A stretch of 64,000 bases of DNA from Escherichia phage Sa157lw, in sequence record OK322699.1. One strand, given 5' to 3'. Of the stretch, positions 37,306 through 47,200 are shown in pieces. Every line of letters starts with the position of its first letter. Position 1 is the first letter of the stretch. The notes under the pieces were generated by a model. That model did not search any database. It had not been told where the DNA came from and saw nothing but the letters and a program-made list of their open reading frames with translations. Position numbers and translations under genes: made by a program.

Positions 37306-39402
37306 ATGATTTCTCAATTCAATCAGCCACACGGCTCCACTTCAATATTTGTTAACAAACAATCTATCGCTCGAAATTTCGGTGTCAAAGAAGACGAAGT
37401 CGTTTATTTCACTGCTGGTATTGATCTCAGTGGATTTAAAGTAATTTATGATGAGTCTACCCAACGGGCTTATTCTCTTCCTTCGGGTATTGTTTCAGGA
37501 ACGACTGCGATAAGTCTGAACGAACAAGCCATCCTCACTCATTCCGCTGGCTCTGTTGACCTTGGGGAATTAGCAGTAAGCCGCGAAGAATATGTGACTT
37601 TACCTGGTTCTTTTAATTTCGGCCATACCATTAATGTGAAAAATGAACTTCTTGTTCACGATGATAAAAAATATCGATGGGATGGTTCACTTCCTAAAAC
37701 TGTCGATGCTGGCTCAACACCTGAAACATCTGGTGGCGTTGGTATTGGTACATGGCTGAGTGTTGGTGACGCAGCATTTAGACAGGAAGCCAACAAAAAA
37801 TTCAAATATTCAGTAAAGTTATCTGATTATTCTACATTACAGGATGCAGCGACAGCAGCCGTAGATGGATTGCTTATTGATGTTGACTACACTTTTACTG
37901 CAGATGAGAGTGTAGATTTTAGCGGTAAAGTTTTAATCATTGAATGCAAGGGAAAATTCATTGGCGATGGTATGTTGGTTTGGAATGGTTTGGGTGCGGG
38001 TTCAGTAATTAAGAAACCGCACATGCATACTAAAACTACGCCGTATACTGTTTACCGATTCGATGCAAACGGTAATTGGGTTACAGACCCAACACAAGTT
38101 CTGGCATCTGTTCAGCAGCGTTTGGATGTTGGATATAAGCCAAATATTAACGATTTAGATATTTGGGACGACCTTCCTGATAATGTAAAAAATCAGGTTG
38201 CTGGTGCTACTTTGCGAATAATGAGCGGCGATAATATCATCGTAGAGAACCCAGAAGCTACATTTGGTGGTTATCTATTTACTTTATGTAATAGGATTCT
38301 TGTTAAGAATCCACGCAATTTTATTGCTTTGGAATCGGGCATTACATTTGAGAACCATCATACAACTGCATGGGGTACTGGCAACTGGGTTGTTGGGGGT
38401 GAGATTAAATATGGCTCTGGTTCCGCTGTACTGTTCATTCGCAATGATGGTGGTACAGACCATGATGGTGGAGTAAGGGATTTAATATCCTATCGCGTTG
38501 GAGAATCTGGTGTTAAAACCTATCAAAATGAAATAGGTGGTCGTTCAGCCAGGAACTACCGTTTAGTGTTCGACAATATAACTACAATCCAGTGTTACTA
38601 TGATGGTATTGATGTTAATGCTGACACAGGGTCGCCAACTGAACGTGTGGATGACTACTCACTCGCAGAGTATCCATGGTTCCACCTACCTACTCAACAT
38701 ATCATCCGTAATATTATTACTCGTGATTGTATGGGGATTGGTGCTTGGTGGGATGGTCAGAAAAATATTATTGATAATGTTGTTACTTATGAGGCCCATA
38801 AGGAAGGCGTCTTCGATAGGGGTACTAACAATGATATTACTAACATTACTGTAGTAGGTGCGAATAAGGATTTAACTAACCTAAATCAGATTACCTGTGA
38901 GGGAGGTAGTAGACTTCGTGGTATTAACATCCATGCATATACTACACAAGGTTACGCTATATACGCTCCGTCTTCAGAAGTAAGTAATGTTTCCTGTGCT
39001 GGTTCCGGTACTAAGAAATTACTATGTACCTATATAAGCGATATTCAGGGAGGTAATATCAATGTTCAGCATAGTGCCAACCAAATGACACTTGCAATGC
39101 AACCTGCTATGGGTGGTACTACAAACCCATCTTTGCTTATGACGGCAGATTGCCAGGTTGCTACACCAGGGGGTGAGGCAAGTATTGTCAAGCTTTCGGC
39201 AATTCAGGAGGGTGTACGTGTAGGTGAGTTTCAGCTTAACCGCTTAGGCTTTAAGCATATGAGTATACCTGCTGCCCCTTTACAATTACCAGAGAGCGCT
39301 CTGGAACATAATTCATCTATAGGATTCTTCTTCGGAAGTGACGGAGCATTGAGGTTGCTTGCTAAAAAACCAGATGGAAGTTATGTAACATACACACTTT
39401 AA
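37306..39402 (+). CDS. tailspike protein 2 (698 aa)
   Basis: N-terminus MISQFNQPHGSTSIFVNKQSIARNFGVKEDEVVYFTAG...YDESTQRAYSLPSGI parallels that of 42338-44128. Confidence 0.7.
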   Translation: MISQFNQPHGSTSIFVNKQSIARNFGVKEDEVVYFTAGIDLSGFKVIYDESTQRAYSLPSGIVSGTTAISLNEQAILTHSAGSVDLGELAVSREEYVTLPGSFNFGHTINVKNELLVHDDKKYRWDGSLPKTVDAGSTPETSGGVGIGTWLSVGDAAFRQEANKKFKYSVKLSDYSTLQDAATAAVDGLLIDVDYTFTADESVDFSGKVLIIECKGKFIGDGMLVWNGLGAGSVIKKPHMHTKTTPYTVYRFDANGNWVTDPTQVLASVQQRLDVGYKPNINDLDIWDDLPDNVKNQVAGATLRIMSGDNIIVENPEATFGGYLFTLCNRILVKNPRNFIALESGITFENHHTTAWGTGNWVVGGEIKYGSGSAVLFIRNDGGTDHDGGVRDLISYRVGESGVKTYQNEIGGRSARNYRLVFDNITTIQCYYDGIDVNADTGSPTERVDDYSLAEYPWFHLPTQHIIRNIITRDCMGIGAWWDGQKNIIDNVVTYEAHKEGVFDRGTNNDITNITVVGANKDLTNLNQITCEGGSRLRGINIHAYTTQGYAIYAPSSEVSNVSCAGSGTKKLLCTYISDIQGGNINVQHSANQMTLAMQPAMGGTTNPSLLMTADCQVATPGGEASIVKLSAIQEGVRVGEFQLNRLGFKHMSIPAAPLQLPESALEHNSSIGFFFGSDGALRLLAKKPDGSYVTYTL

Positions 39403-39416
39403 TTTATCTTGAGCAA

Positions 39417-39445
39417 AAACCCCGCTTTGGCGGGGTTCTTATTAT
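39417..39445 (+). terminator. intrinsic terminator (aaccccgc-tttg-gcggggtt)
   Basis: GC stem then T-rich run after stop at 39402. Confidence 0.5.
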
Positions 39446-39475
39446 ACCTTTGTTCATAAATTTTATTAGTTCAGA

Positions 39476-39482
39476 CTAAATA
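39476..39482 (+). promoter_or_regulatory. CTAAATA late-promoter-like motif
   Basis: Same heptamer, 36 nt upstream of ATG 39518. Confidence 0.3.
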
Positions 39483-39512
39483 CCCCATATTGGCAAATCC
39501 TTATGGGGTATT
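39479..39512 (+). repeat. 10-bp-stem hairpin (aataccccat / atggggtatt) immediately before tailspike 3 start
   Basis: Same element as 37269-37302 with a different loop. Confidence 0.65.
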
Positions 39513-39517
39513 TTCAA

Positions 39518-42283
39518 ATGACCAGAAATGTAGAAGAATTATTCGGCGGCGTAATCACAGCTCCCCACCAGATTCCTTTCACGTATAAATCAAATGTCGG
39601 TGGAGAAACTTTCATTTCTCTACCTTTCTATCCTGTCGCTGGTGTTGTCACAATTAACGGCGGGGTGCAAGTTCCGTTAGACAACTTCGAAATAGACGGG
39701 AATACGTTAAACCTCGGGCGCGCATTGTCTAAAGATGACGTGGTTTATTGCCTGTTCGACAAAATCCTTTCACCAGAAGATACTTCTAAAGGTATTCGAA
39801 TATACAAATTTCAAGCCGTGGGTGGAGAAACTGAATTCACGCCTGACTTTACTTCTTATGGTGTCCAGTCTCTTTATATCGGTGGTGAGTACAAAACTCC
39901 TGATATAGAATATTCATACAACAGTACGACTGGGAAAGTTTCCTTACAAACTGCGCTGACTGCAGGGGTGTGGGTTGTTGCGGAGATGTCTGTTAAACAA
40001 CCGAATATCAGTCCGGCGTTCGATCGCAGTATCCAAGAAATTGCCCGTTCGGCTAACGTAAAAGACTCTGAAGTCATTGTCAGCACTGATACCATATCTT
40101 TACTCGACGACAAGAAAGTTGTTTATGATTCAGCGGCGCAGATTATTTATGGTTTACCAACTATCCCTGATGGTTCAGTGATTTCTTCTGTTAGTAATGG
40201 GCAACTTACTTATAATCCAGGTAATGTTGTAGTGGATTTGTTGCCTTTAGAAGATTCATTTATTAATGTGATAAACACTCTGGGGCGCAATGATGGTGCC
40301 AAGTATATCGGAGAATGCCATTCTGTTGCTGATCTCAGGAATACTGAACCCACTATGGATGGACAACGCATTATTCTTAAGCAACACACTGCGGGTACTC
40401 TTCTTGGTGGAGGGGTATTCCGTGCGTTAATTGATGGTACAGGAAAGACTGATGATAACGGCACTGTGATCAAAACTGTTGGAGGCGCAGCCTGGTTACG
40501 TGTTAATGCTGATAGAGTTAACCCATTCATGTTTGGTGCTTTGGGCGGTTCTAATGATGATACTATTCCAGTACAATCTTGTGTGGACAGTGGTAAGGCC
40601 ACACAATTAACTGGTGTACATTACGTTAGCAATATCCGGTTAAAATATAATACGTCGTCTATTTATGGGTCTGGATTACATTACTCCAGGTTGCATCAGT
40701 TGCCTTCTGCTACTGGGAATTGTATTACCATAAAAGATACATGCTCCCTTATTGTATTAGACTCCTTTGGGGTATATGGCACAGGTGCACAACAAGGCAC
40801 ATCATTTACTGCGGGTACAACAGGTATCTATATAGAAACTCCTTCAGGTCTCTCAGCTGATTATCCGTTCCACACTACCGCAGACCCAAGACGCGACTTG
40901 TGTATTTCTAAGGTCCATATAGCAGGTTTTGATGAATATGGGTTAAATATTGATAGTGGTAACTTTAGTGTTACTACAGATTCTCTTTTAGTCAACCACA
41001 TCAATCAGGTGGGCGTCCGTTGTGCTACTACTGATTGGACTTGGACAAATATCCAGGTTAATACCTGCGGTAAACAATGTCTGGTTCTTGATGGTTGTGG
41101 TAATGGTCGTATTATTGGTGGTAAATTCATTTGGGCTAACTGGCAACCTTATGGTACAGTAGGACAGTTCCCAGGCATTACTATTAATAATAGCCAGAAT
41201 ATGGTTATTAATGGTATTGAGGTACAAGATTGTGGCGGGAATGGCATTGAGATTAGCGATTCATATTCAATTTCCATGAACGGATTGAACACCAATCGTA
41301 ACGGCATCAACGCTAACAACACTTTCTACAACATCGTATTTAACAAAAGTGATGCAGTTATCAACGGATTCGTAGGACTCAATTATGCCGCGAATAGTGG
41401 TTCAGGTGCTAACTCTAGTGCGGGCAATTTTCAGTTCCTGTCTAATGATTGCAGCGTCACCATTAATGGTGTGGTTGAGACTGGTTATATGGGCATTAAC
41501 TTTATTGGTGATAACAATATTATCAACCCCACAAATTCCGACCTGAGCATTAACGGATTGGTTAATTATTCCAAGACTGGTTTGCAAACCATGAACGAGA
41601 CCCCTACATTTGATGGTGTTAGCACTACACCTGTTTATGTAAGTGTCCCATCTTCTGTAGGGCAAGTAAATGGTCTGAGACTATCACAAGCCAACAAAGA
41701 TAAATTACTGTACTCAAGAACAGCAGGTCCAGAAGGTATTACCATGGCTGCTGTTGTAGTACCTACCATATCTGGAGCTGAAGTATTTAACTTCATGGCC
41801 ATTGGTTCAGGGTTTAGTGATACATCCAACAGTCTTCATCTTCAATTAGTTATAGACGCTTCCGGAAAACAAACAATTGCTTTGCTATTGGGGGGCGATG
41901 GTACAACCCAAATTTTATCTGGGGATTTACCTAACGACCTTAAACTACAAAGTGGTGTGCCATATCATATAGCTATTGGTGCTAAACCTGGATATTTCTG
42001 GTGGAGTATTCTTAATATTCAGACGGGTAAGAGAATCAGACGGTCATTCCGAGGCGCTTATTTAGCTGTACCATTTAATTCTATATTCGGATTAACTTCT
42101 TCATTAACATTCTTCTCGGATAGCAATGCTGGTGGGGATGCCTGTTCTGGTGTAGGTGCTAAAGTGTATGTTGGTATGTTCTCTTCTGAGAATGATTATG
42201 TAGCTTCACGGTACTACAACCTGATTAATCCTGTAGACCCTAATAAGTTAATTAGTTACCGTATATTGGATTCTTCTATTTAA
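39518..42283 (+). CDS. tailspike protein 3 (921 aa; start at ATG 39518 after the hairpin)
   Basis: ORF-track start 39503 lies inside the hairpin; by analogy with 37306 the ATG at 39518 is preferred. Confidence 0.7.
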   Translation: MTRNVEELFGGVITAPHQIPFTYKSNVGGETFISLPFYPVAGVVTINGGVQVPLDNFEIDGNTLNLGRALSKDDVVYCLFDKILSPEDTSKGIRIYKFQAVGGETEFTPDFTSYGVQSLYIGGEYKTPDIEYSYNSTTGKVSLQTALTAGVWVVAEMSVKQPNISPAFDRSIQEIARSANVKDSEVIVSTDTISLLDDKKVVYDSAAQIIYGLPTIPDGSVISSVSNGQLTYNPGNVVVDLLPLEDSFINVINTLGRNDGAKYIGECHSVADLRNTEPTMDGQRIILKQHTAGTLLGGGVFRALIDGTGKTDDNGTVIKTVGGAAWLRVNADRVNPFMFGALGGSNDDTIPVQSCVDSGKATQLTGVHYVSNIRLKYNTSSIYGSGLHYSRLHQLPSATGNCITIKDTCSLIVLDSFGVYGTGAQQGTSFTAGTTGIYIETPSGLSADYPFHTTADPRRDLCISKVHIAGFDEYGLNIDSGNFSVTTDSLLVNHINQVGVRCATTDWTWTNIQVNTCGKQCLVLDGCGNGRIIGGKFIWANWQPYGTVGQFPGITINNSQNMVINGIEVQDCGGNGIEISDSYSISMNGLNTNRNGINANNTFYNIVFNKSDAVINGFVGLNYAANSGSGANSSAGNFQFLSNDCSVTINGVVETGYMGINFIGDNNIINPTNSDLSINGLVNYSKTGLQTMNETPTFDGVSTTPVYVSVPSSVGQVNGLRLSQANKDKLLYSRTAGPEGITMAAVVVPTISGAEVFNFMAIGSGFSDTSNSLHLQLVIDASGKQTIALLLGGDGTTQILSGDLPNDLKLQSGVPYHIAIGAKPGYFWWSILNIQTGKRIRRSFRGAYLAVPFNSIFGLTSSLTFFSDSNAGGDACSGVGAKVYVGMFSSENDYVASRYYNLINPVDPNKLISYRILDSSI

Positions 42284-42337
42284 AAATATACCCCTCTTCG
42301 GAGGGTATTTACTAGAGAAAAACAGGAGATTCTTATT

Positions 42338-44128
42338 ATGAATCCGCAATTTGCTCAACCGAAAGGTTCTACTTCAAAAGAAACGAACAAAGATAGCATT
42401 GCCCGTAAATTTGGGTGTAAAAAGTCGGAAGTCGTTTATGCCAAAGCAGGACAGTCCTTGTCTGGTTATAAAGTGATCTATGATAAGGTGTCTCAACGTG
42501 CCTATTCTCTTCCTTCTAACATTGATGCTGTAACGGTCACCAGTTTAGTTGACGGCATCCTTACGCACTCTGGAGGCACCGTAGATTTAAATGAATTGGC
42601 AATGACACGCCGCGAGTTTATTACTTTGCAAGGAGACTTTGTTTCCGGTGTTACCGTCAATGCTAAGCATGAAGTGATCGCATACGGAAATAGCCGATTC
42701 CGTTGGGACGGGGATCTGCCGAAAGTTGTTCCCCCTAATTCAGAACCTGTCATACCAGATTGGGTTAACGTTGATGCCAACCCAGCACTGTCTGAATTAG
42801 CGAAATCTGTTGGCTCGTCTCTGGTGGGATATAAACCAACGGGGACAACCACTACGACTGGTACGGTCAAAGGAAAATTGGATAGTTTTATTGATTTTGC
42901 AAATGACTATTGCGGTGGCCCAATTACAGGACAACCTGATCTCACTTCTCAATTACAACAAGCAATTATTGATGCTTTTAATTCTGGTATTGCCGACATT
43001 AAGATTGTTGGGGATTTTTATATATCTGGCATGATATTATGGTATCCAGGTGTTCGATTGATTGGTGGACGTTATGACTCTACATTGATACGCGTTTCCA
43101 ATACTTTCCCAGTGGGTGGGACAATGTTTCGTTCTTACCGTCCTCCACTGTGGGCGGCGGGTTGTCATGGTCTATCTCTTGAAAATGTGTATTTGGTAGG
43201 CCGCGCCGCCAAGGACGTTTATGGCATAGATATCAATGATGCATCTTATTTTAATCTTGAAGGTGTGCGTCTGGATCTGTTTGATAAAGCAATTTCTTTT
43301 AATAGATGGATTGATGAAACTCGTGTAGACACGAGCGGTACAATTACCTATCCCAACGCGCATAGTGCCGAAATGGGTGGCCAATCATATTTTGGTACAA
43401 TAACTCGTTGCTACGCAGGCAATTGCGTCACGTGCGTTGATTTTAATGGTGTGGTAAACCGTTGTACATTTATTAGCAACACATGGACAACTAGTGATCT
43501 GGCATATAATTTCAGCAACCCGCGTGGAGTTTATGAAACTAACACATTCATCACTTGTAATATTGAAGGTGTGAAGAGTGCATTTGAATGGTTCTTTTCT
43601 ATAAATTCACCATATCACAATGTGTGGATTAATACGAGCATCGATAACGGGAACCCAGATATCACGAGTTTAGCGAAAGATGGTGGTCGACAGACATTTA
43701 TTGGTTTAGCGATTTTCCCTTATGGAAACCCATCGTTGGTTAATTGGTATGGAATTAACCCCAATGGTCATCGGAGTACTGTCTTGGGTACTGATCTTGG
43801 GGAAAATTTACCAGAAGATCAGTTAAAAACTCAGGTTCGGGAAGAATTACACACTTTAACAGGTATTGCCAACAAGCAATGGGCTGGACAACAAGTAACT
43901 GAGACAATTCCCGCCAATGGTTACAAAGCATTGAATATTAGCGTGCCAGGATTAAAAGGTAACTCAGCAGTTATTGCTTCATTATCTGCCATATATCATG
44001 GTATTACAGTTGATGCCGCCAGCAACAACACTGGTACAGTTTCAGTAATAATAAGCAATTACACAGGTTCTCCAATTGATGTAAATGCTTACCTGAGTGT
44101 CACAGGCATAGCCAAAAGTTTCTTGTGA
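42338..44128 (+). CDS. tailspike protein 4 (596 aa)
   Basis: N-terminus MNPQFAQPKGSTSKETNKDSIARKFGCKKSEVVYAKAG...YDKVSQRAYSLPSNI homologous to that of 37306-39402. Confidence 0.7.
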   Translation: MNPQFAQPKGSTSKETNKDSIARKFGCKKSEVVYAKAGQSLSGYKVIYDKVSQRAYSLPSNIDAVTVTSLVDGILTHSGGTVDLNELAMTRREFITLQGDFVSGVTVNAKHEVIAYGNSRFRWDGDLPKVVPPNSEPVIPDWVNVDANPALSELAKSVGSSLVGYKPTGTTTTTGTVKGKLDSFIDFANDYCGGPITGQPDLTSQLQQAIIDAFNSGIADIKIVGDFYISGMILWYPGVRLIGGRYDSTLIRVSNTFPVGGTMFRSYRPPLWAAGCHGLSLENVYLVGRAAKDVYGIDINDASYFNLEGVRLDLFDKAISFNRWIDETRVDTSGTITYPNAHSAEMGGQSYFGTITRCYAGNCVTCVDFNGVVNRCTFISNTWTTSDLAYNFSNPRGVYETNTFITCNIEGVKSAFEWFFSINSPYHNVWINTSIDNGNPDITSLAKDGGRQTFIGLAIFPYGNPSLVNWYGINPNGHRSTVLGTDLGENLPEDQLKTQVREELHTLTGIANKQWAGQQVTETIPANGYKALNISVPGLKGNSAVIASLSAIYHGITVDAASNNTGTVSVIISNYTGSPIDVNAYLSVTGIAKSFL

Positions 44129-44133
44129 TCAAA

Positions 44134-44160
44134 CAACCCCGCTTCGGCGGGGTTTTTATT
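44134..44160 (+). terminator. intrinsic terminator (aaccccgc-ttcg-gcggggtt + T-run)
   Basis: Perfect GC stem, tttttattt after stop 44128. Confidence 0.55.
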
Positions 44161-44183
44161 TCTATCTGTCTGTTGGCTGTATA

Positions 44184-44190
44184 CTAAATA
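44184..44190 (+). promoter_or_regulatory. CTAAATA late-promoter-like motif
   Basis: 33 nt upstream of ATG 44223; a second TATAAATG lies just downstream. Confidence 0.3.
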
Positions 44191-44222
44191 TCTCTATAAA
44201 TGGCACTCGATGGAGCATCAAA

Positions 44223-47200
44223 ATGCAATCTACAAATCTAAACCGTCGCCCGTATTGGGACGACTGGAATCCTGGAAAACGGTTTTCACGGATTCTTTTT
44301 CGCCCGATGCCTATTAAGGTTCAGACACGTGAACTGAACCAGATGCAGACTATTCTACAAGACCAGATTGAAAAGCTGGGAAACCATCTGTTCAAAGATG
44401 GATCTATGGTTATTCCTGGCGGTCTGACGATTACTAACGCCGCTGTGTCTATGAAATTCACCCTGGCTGGTGGCACTGAGTTCACTGATCTGGAAGGGAT
44501 TACTGAACTTTATGTTCTGGGAAAAGACAATAACGCCAAAGCGCGTGTGCTATCTCTTGAACGTGATCTGTCTGCTCCGGATACGATGTTGGCCATCCTT
44601 GAAATGACAGAAGTGGGTAATGCAGATGGCTTCCACGTCAACGACAATCTGTATTTCCAAACTTATGACGTCAATGACAACTTCATTCGTATTGGTTATG
44701 GTATCGCAGCTGCGGTGACTGGTTCTATCGTCGCTCGTATGACGAAGGGCGTTTACTTCATTCGTGGGATGTTCCTTGATGTTGATGACGCGACTCTCAT
44801 CGTCGATAAAACTTCAAACACTTCTTCCCATCGCGTCGGGTTTAAAGTCACCGAAACCATCGTGACTGAATCTGAAGACGAATCCCTTTATTCAAACGCT
44901 CAGGGAACGATTAACTCCAAAGCCCCAGGCGCTCATCGTCTTCGAATAGATCTGGTCTTATCTCGATTTGATTATGATGCTGTGGTTGAAGACTTTGTTG
45001 AACTGGCCAAAGTTCGTGATGGTAAAATCCAGTCTATGGTGACTCAGTCCACCTATAATATTCTGGAAGACACGTTGGCTCAACGGACGTATGAAACCAA
45101 CGGCGATTACAACGTTTCAACGCATCAGATCGACATCCGCGAACACCTGAAAGTCAATAACAATGGTGGTGTATTCAATGCTGCTGATGGCGGCGACGAA
45201 AGTAAATTCGTGTCTGTAATGAAACCAGGTATTTCCTATGTTCGCGGTCGTCGTATCGAAAACGTCGGGGAAGAGTTGGTGATCGTTGACAAGGCACGGG
45301 ATACCGATGTCCTGAATAACACGCCTGTCGCAGTTGCTACAGGGAATTATCTGGTCACCAAGAACTCCAAAGGTGTTCCAGTAATATCTCGCACAGTGCG
45401 ATACAAGTTATTGAACGCATCTGGCGCTGCTCAAGCCACGGCGTTGTGTATATCCGCTGAACGCAATTCAACTGAATTCCGTCTGTACATGCGTGATTTG
45501 GTTGTGACTGGGGACGCGTCCACTATCACCAAAGTGTCTTATGAAGAAAGTGGGATCACCATGTTCTCTGCCGAACTGGAATCCAACCAGTTTAACCAGA
45601 GTTCTATGGTAGACCTGATCTTCTCTCTTCCGGTCTTCGGTGTTAAAACATTAGCGCCAACAGGTTCCGTGGATATCAACTACACAGTCCTCAGAACTTA
45701 TAAGGTGACGCTAGACAGCAGCGGTTCTGGTTCTATTTCAGCCCCGCTGGGATATAGTTTCTCTCCTGAATTTTCGTTGTATTCTTCTGCGAAATCCGAT
45801 GGTTCAGAAGCGCAATTTGATATCTCTGGCTCTTTGTCACTGACTGGTTCTCCGGTGGGTTCGGCTTTGCAGATTTCCCTGGGTAGCGGTAATGCTAACC
45901 AGTCAATCAATTTGCTGGCACTGATGATCCGCACTACGGCCACGATCAAAACGAAGACGATAACTGAAACCACAGAGTCTGTGACTTTTACTTCCCAAAC
46001 CAGTAGACCTCTGGCAAATCACGACGGCTGGAAATTGGTATCTGTCAAAAATGATACTGGCGCGGACGTGACTTCGAGCTTCACCCTCGACGGTGGTCAA
46101 CGCGATGCGGGATATTACAAGGCTAATCTGTTATCCACCGCCGGAGCCATTTCAGGGACGTATACGGTGGTGTATCAATACTTCGCGCATAGTTCGGGGG
46201 ATTTCTTCTCAGCGGATTCGTATACTTCAATGGATTACAAAGATATCCCGAATTATACATCCTCCACATCAGGGGCGGTGTATGGTTTGGCCGATAGCCT
46301 TGATTTCCGTCCGAAAATTACCAACGGGACATCCGACACTGATATGGTTCGCCCGAATACGGCTGTCATCCTGGACACAGAGTATTATTTGCCTCGTATC
46401 GACGCGATTTATCTGGCAGATAATGGCGTGTTTGGTGTAGCCCGTGGCATCAGTTCCAACAACCTGGCGTCCCCAGCAATACCTGCAAACTCCATGCGTT
46501 TGTATGAACTGTTGATTCCCCCATACACGCCGAATATCGATGATATACAAATTCGCACCATCGATAACCGTCGTTATACGATGCGTGATATCGGTAAACT
46601 GGAAACGCGTATTTCCAACGTTGAATACTACACCTCTCTGTCGCAGCTGGAATCTTCGGCGATGACACAACAGGTATTTGATCCAATCACGGGTAATCCG
46701 CGATTCAAAAACGGTATCGCCGCCGATCCATTCAAAGACTTCCGTCTTATTGATGATCTGTCTGAAGATTGGATGGGATCTATCGATACGGAAAATGGAC
46801 GTTTGCGTCCGTTTGTTCAACAGAACGCCGTTGACATGACTCCAGTAGGCTGGAACAAAGTGATGGATGGTATGGTGGTTTGTAACTACACGCCTGAAAT
46901 CTCCGTAAACCAAGAATACGCGACGACGACGATCAACGTTAACCCGTATGCTGTATTCAACTGGGAAGGTTTCTTGAAGATTAACCCGACCACGGATTAC
47001 TGGTTTGAAAACTACTATGTCGCCCCGCGTGTTATCAATGAAACGATCAACACTCGTGGTACTGTACAAGAAGGTTCGGTGTACGGGACGTGGCGTACTG
47101 TTTCTGTTTCTGATCGTGTTTGGGAGCCGCATGGCGCTGGTGGTGTGTGGTGGGGATACCGCTATCGCACGACTGTTTCTGCCCGTGATGTCACCACATA

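Noticed and set aside
46269-47132. 287-aa minus-strand ORF inside the 1612-aa structural gene
   Set aside because: Antisense to a long uninterrupted plus-strand ORF in a uniformly plus-strand structural module.
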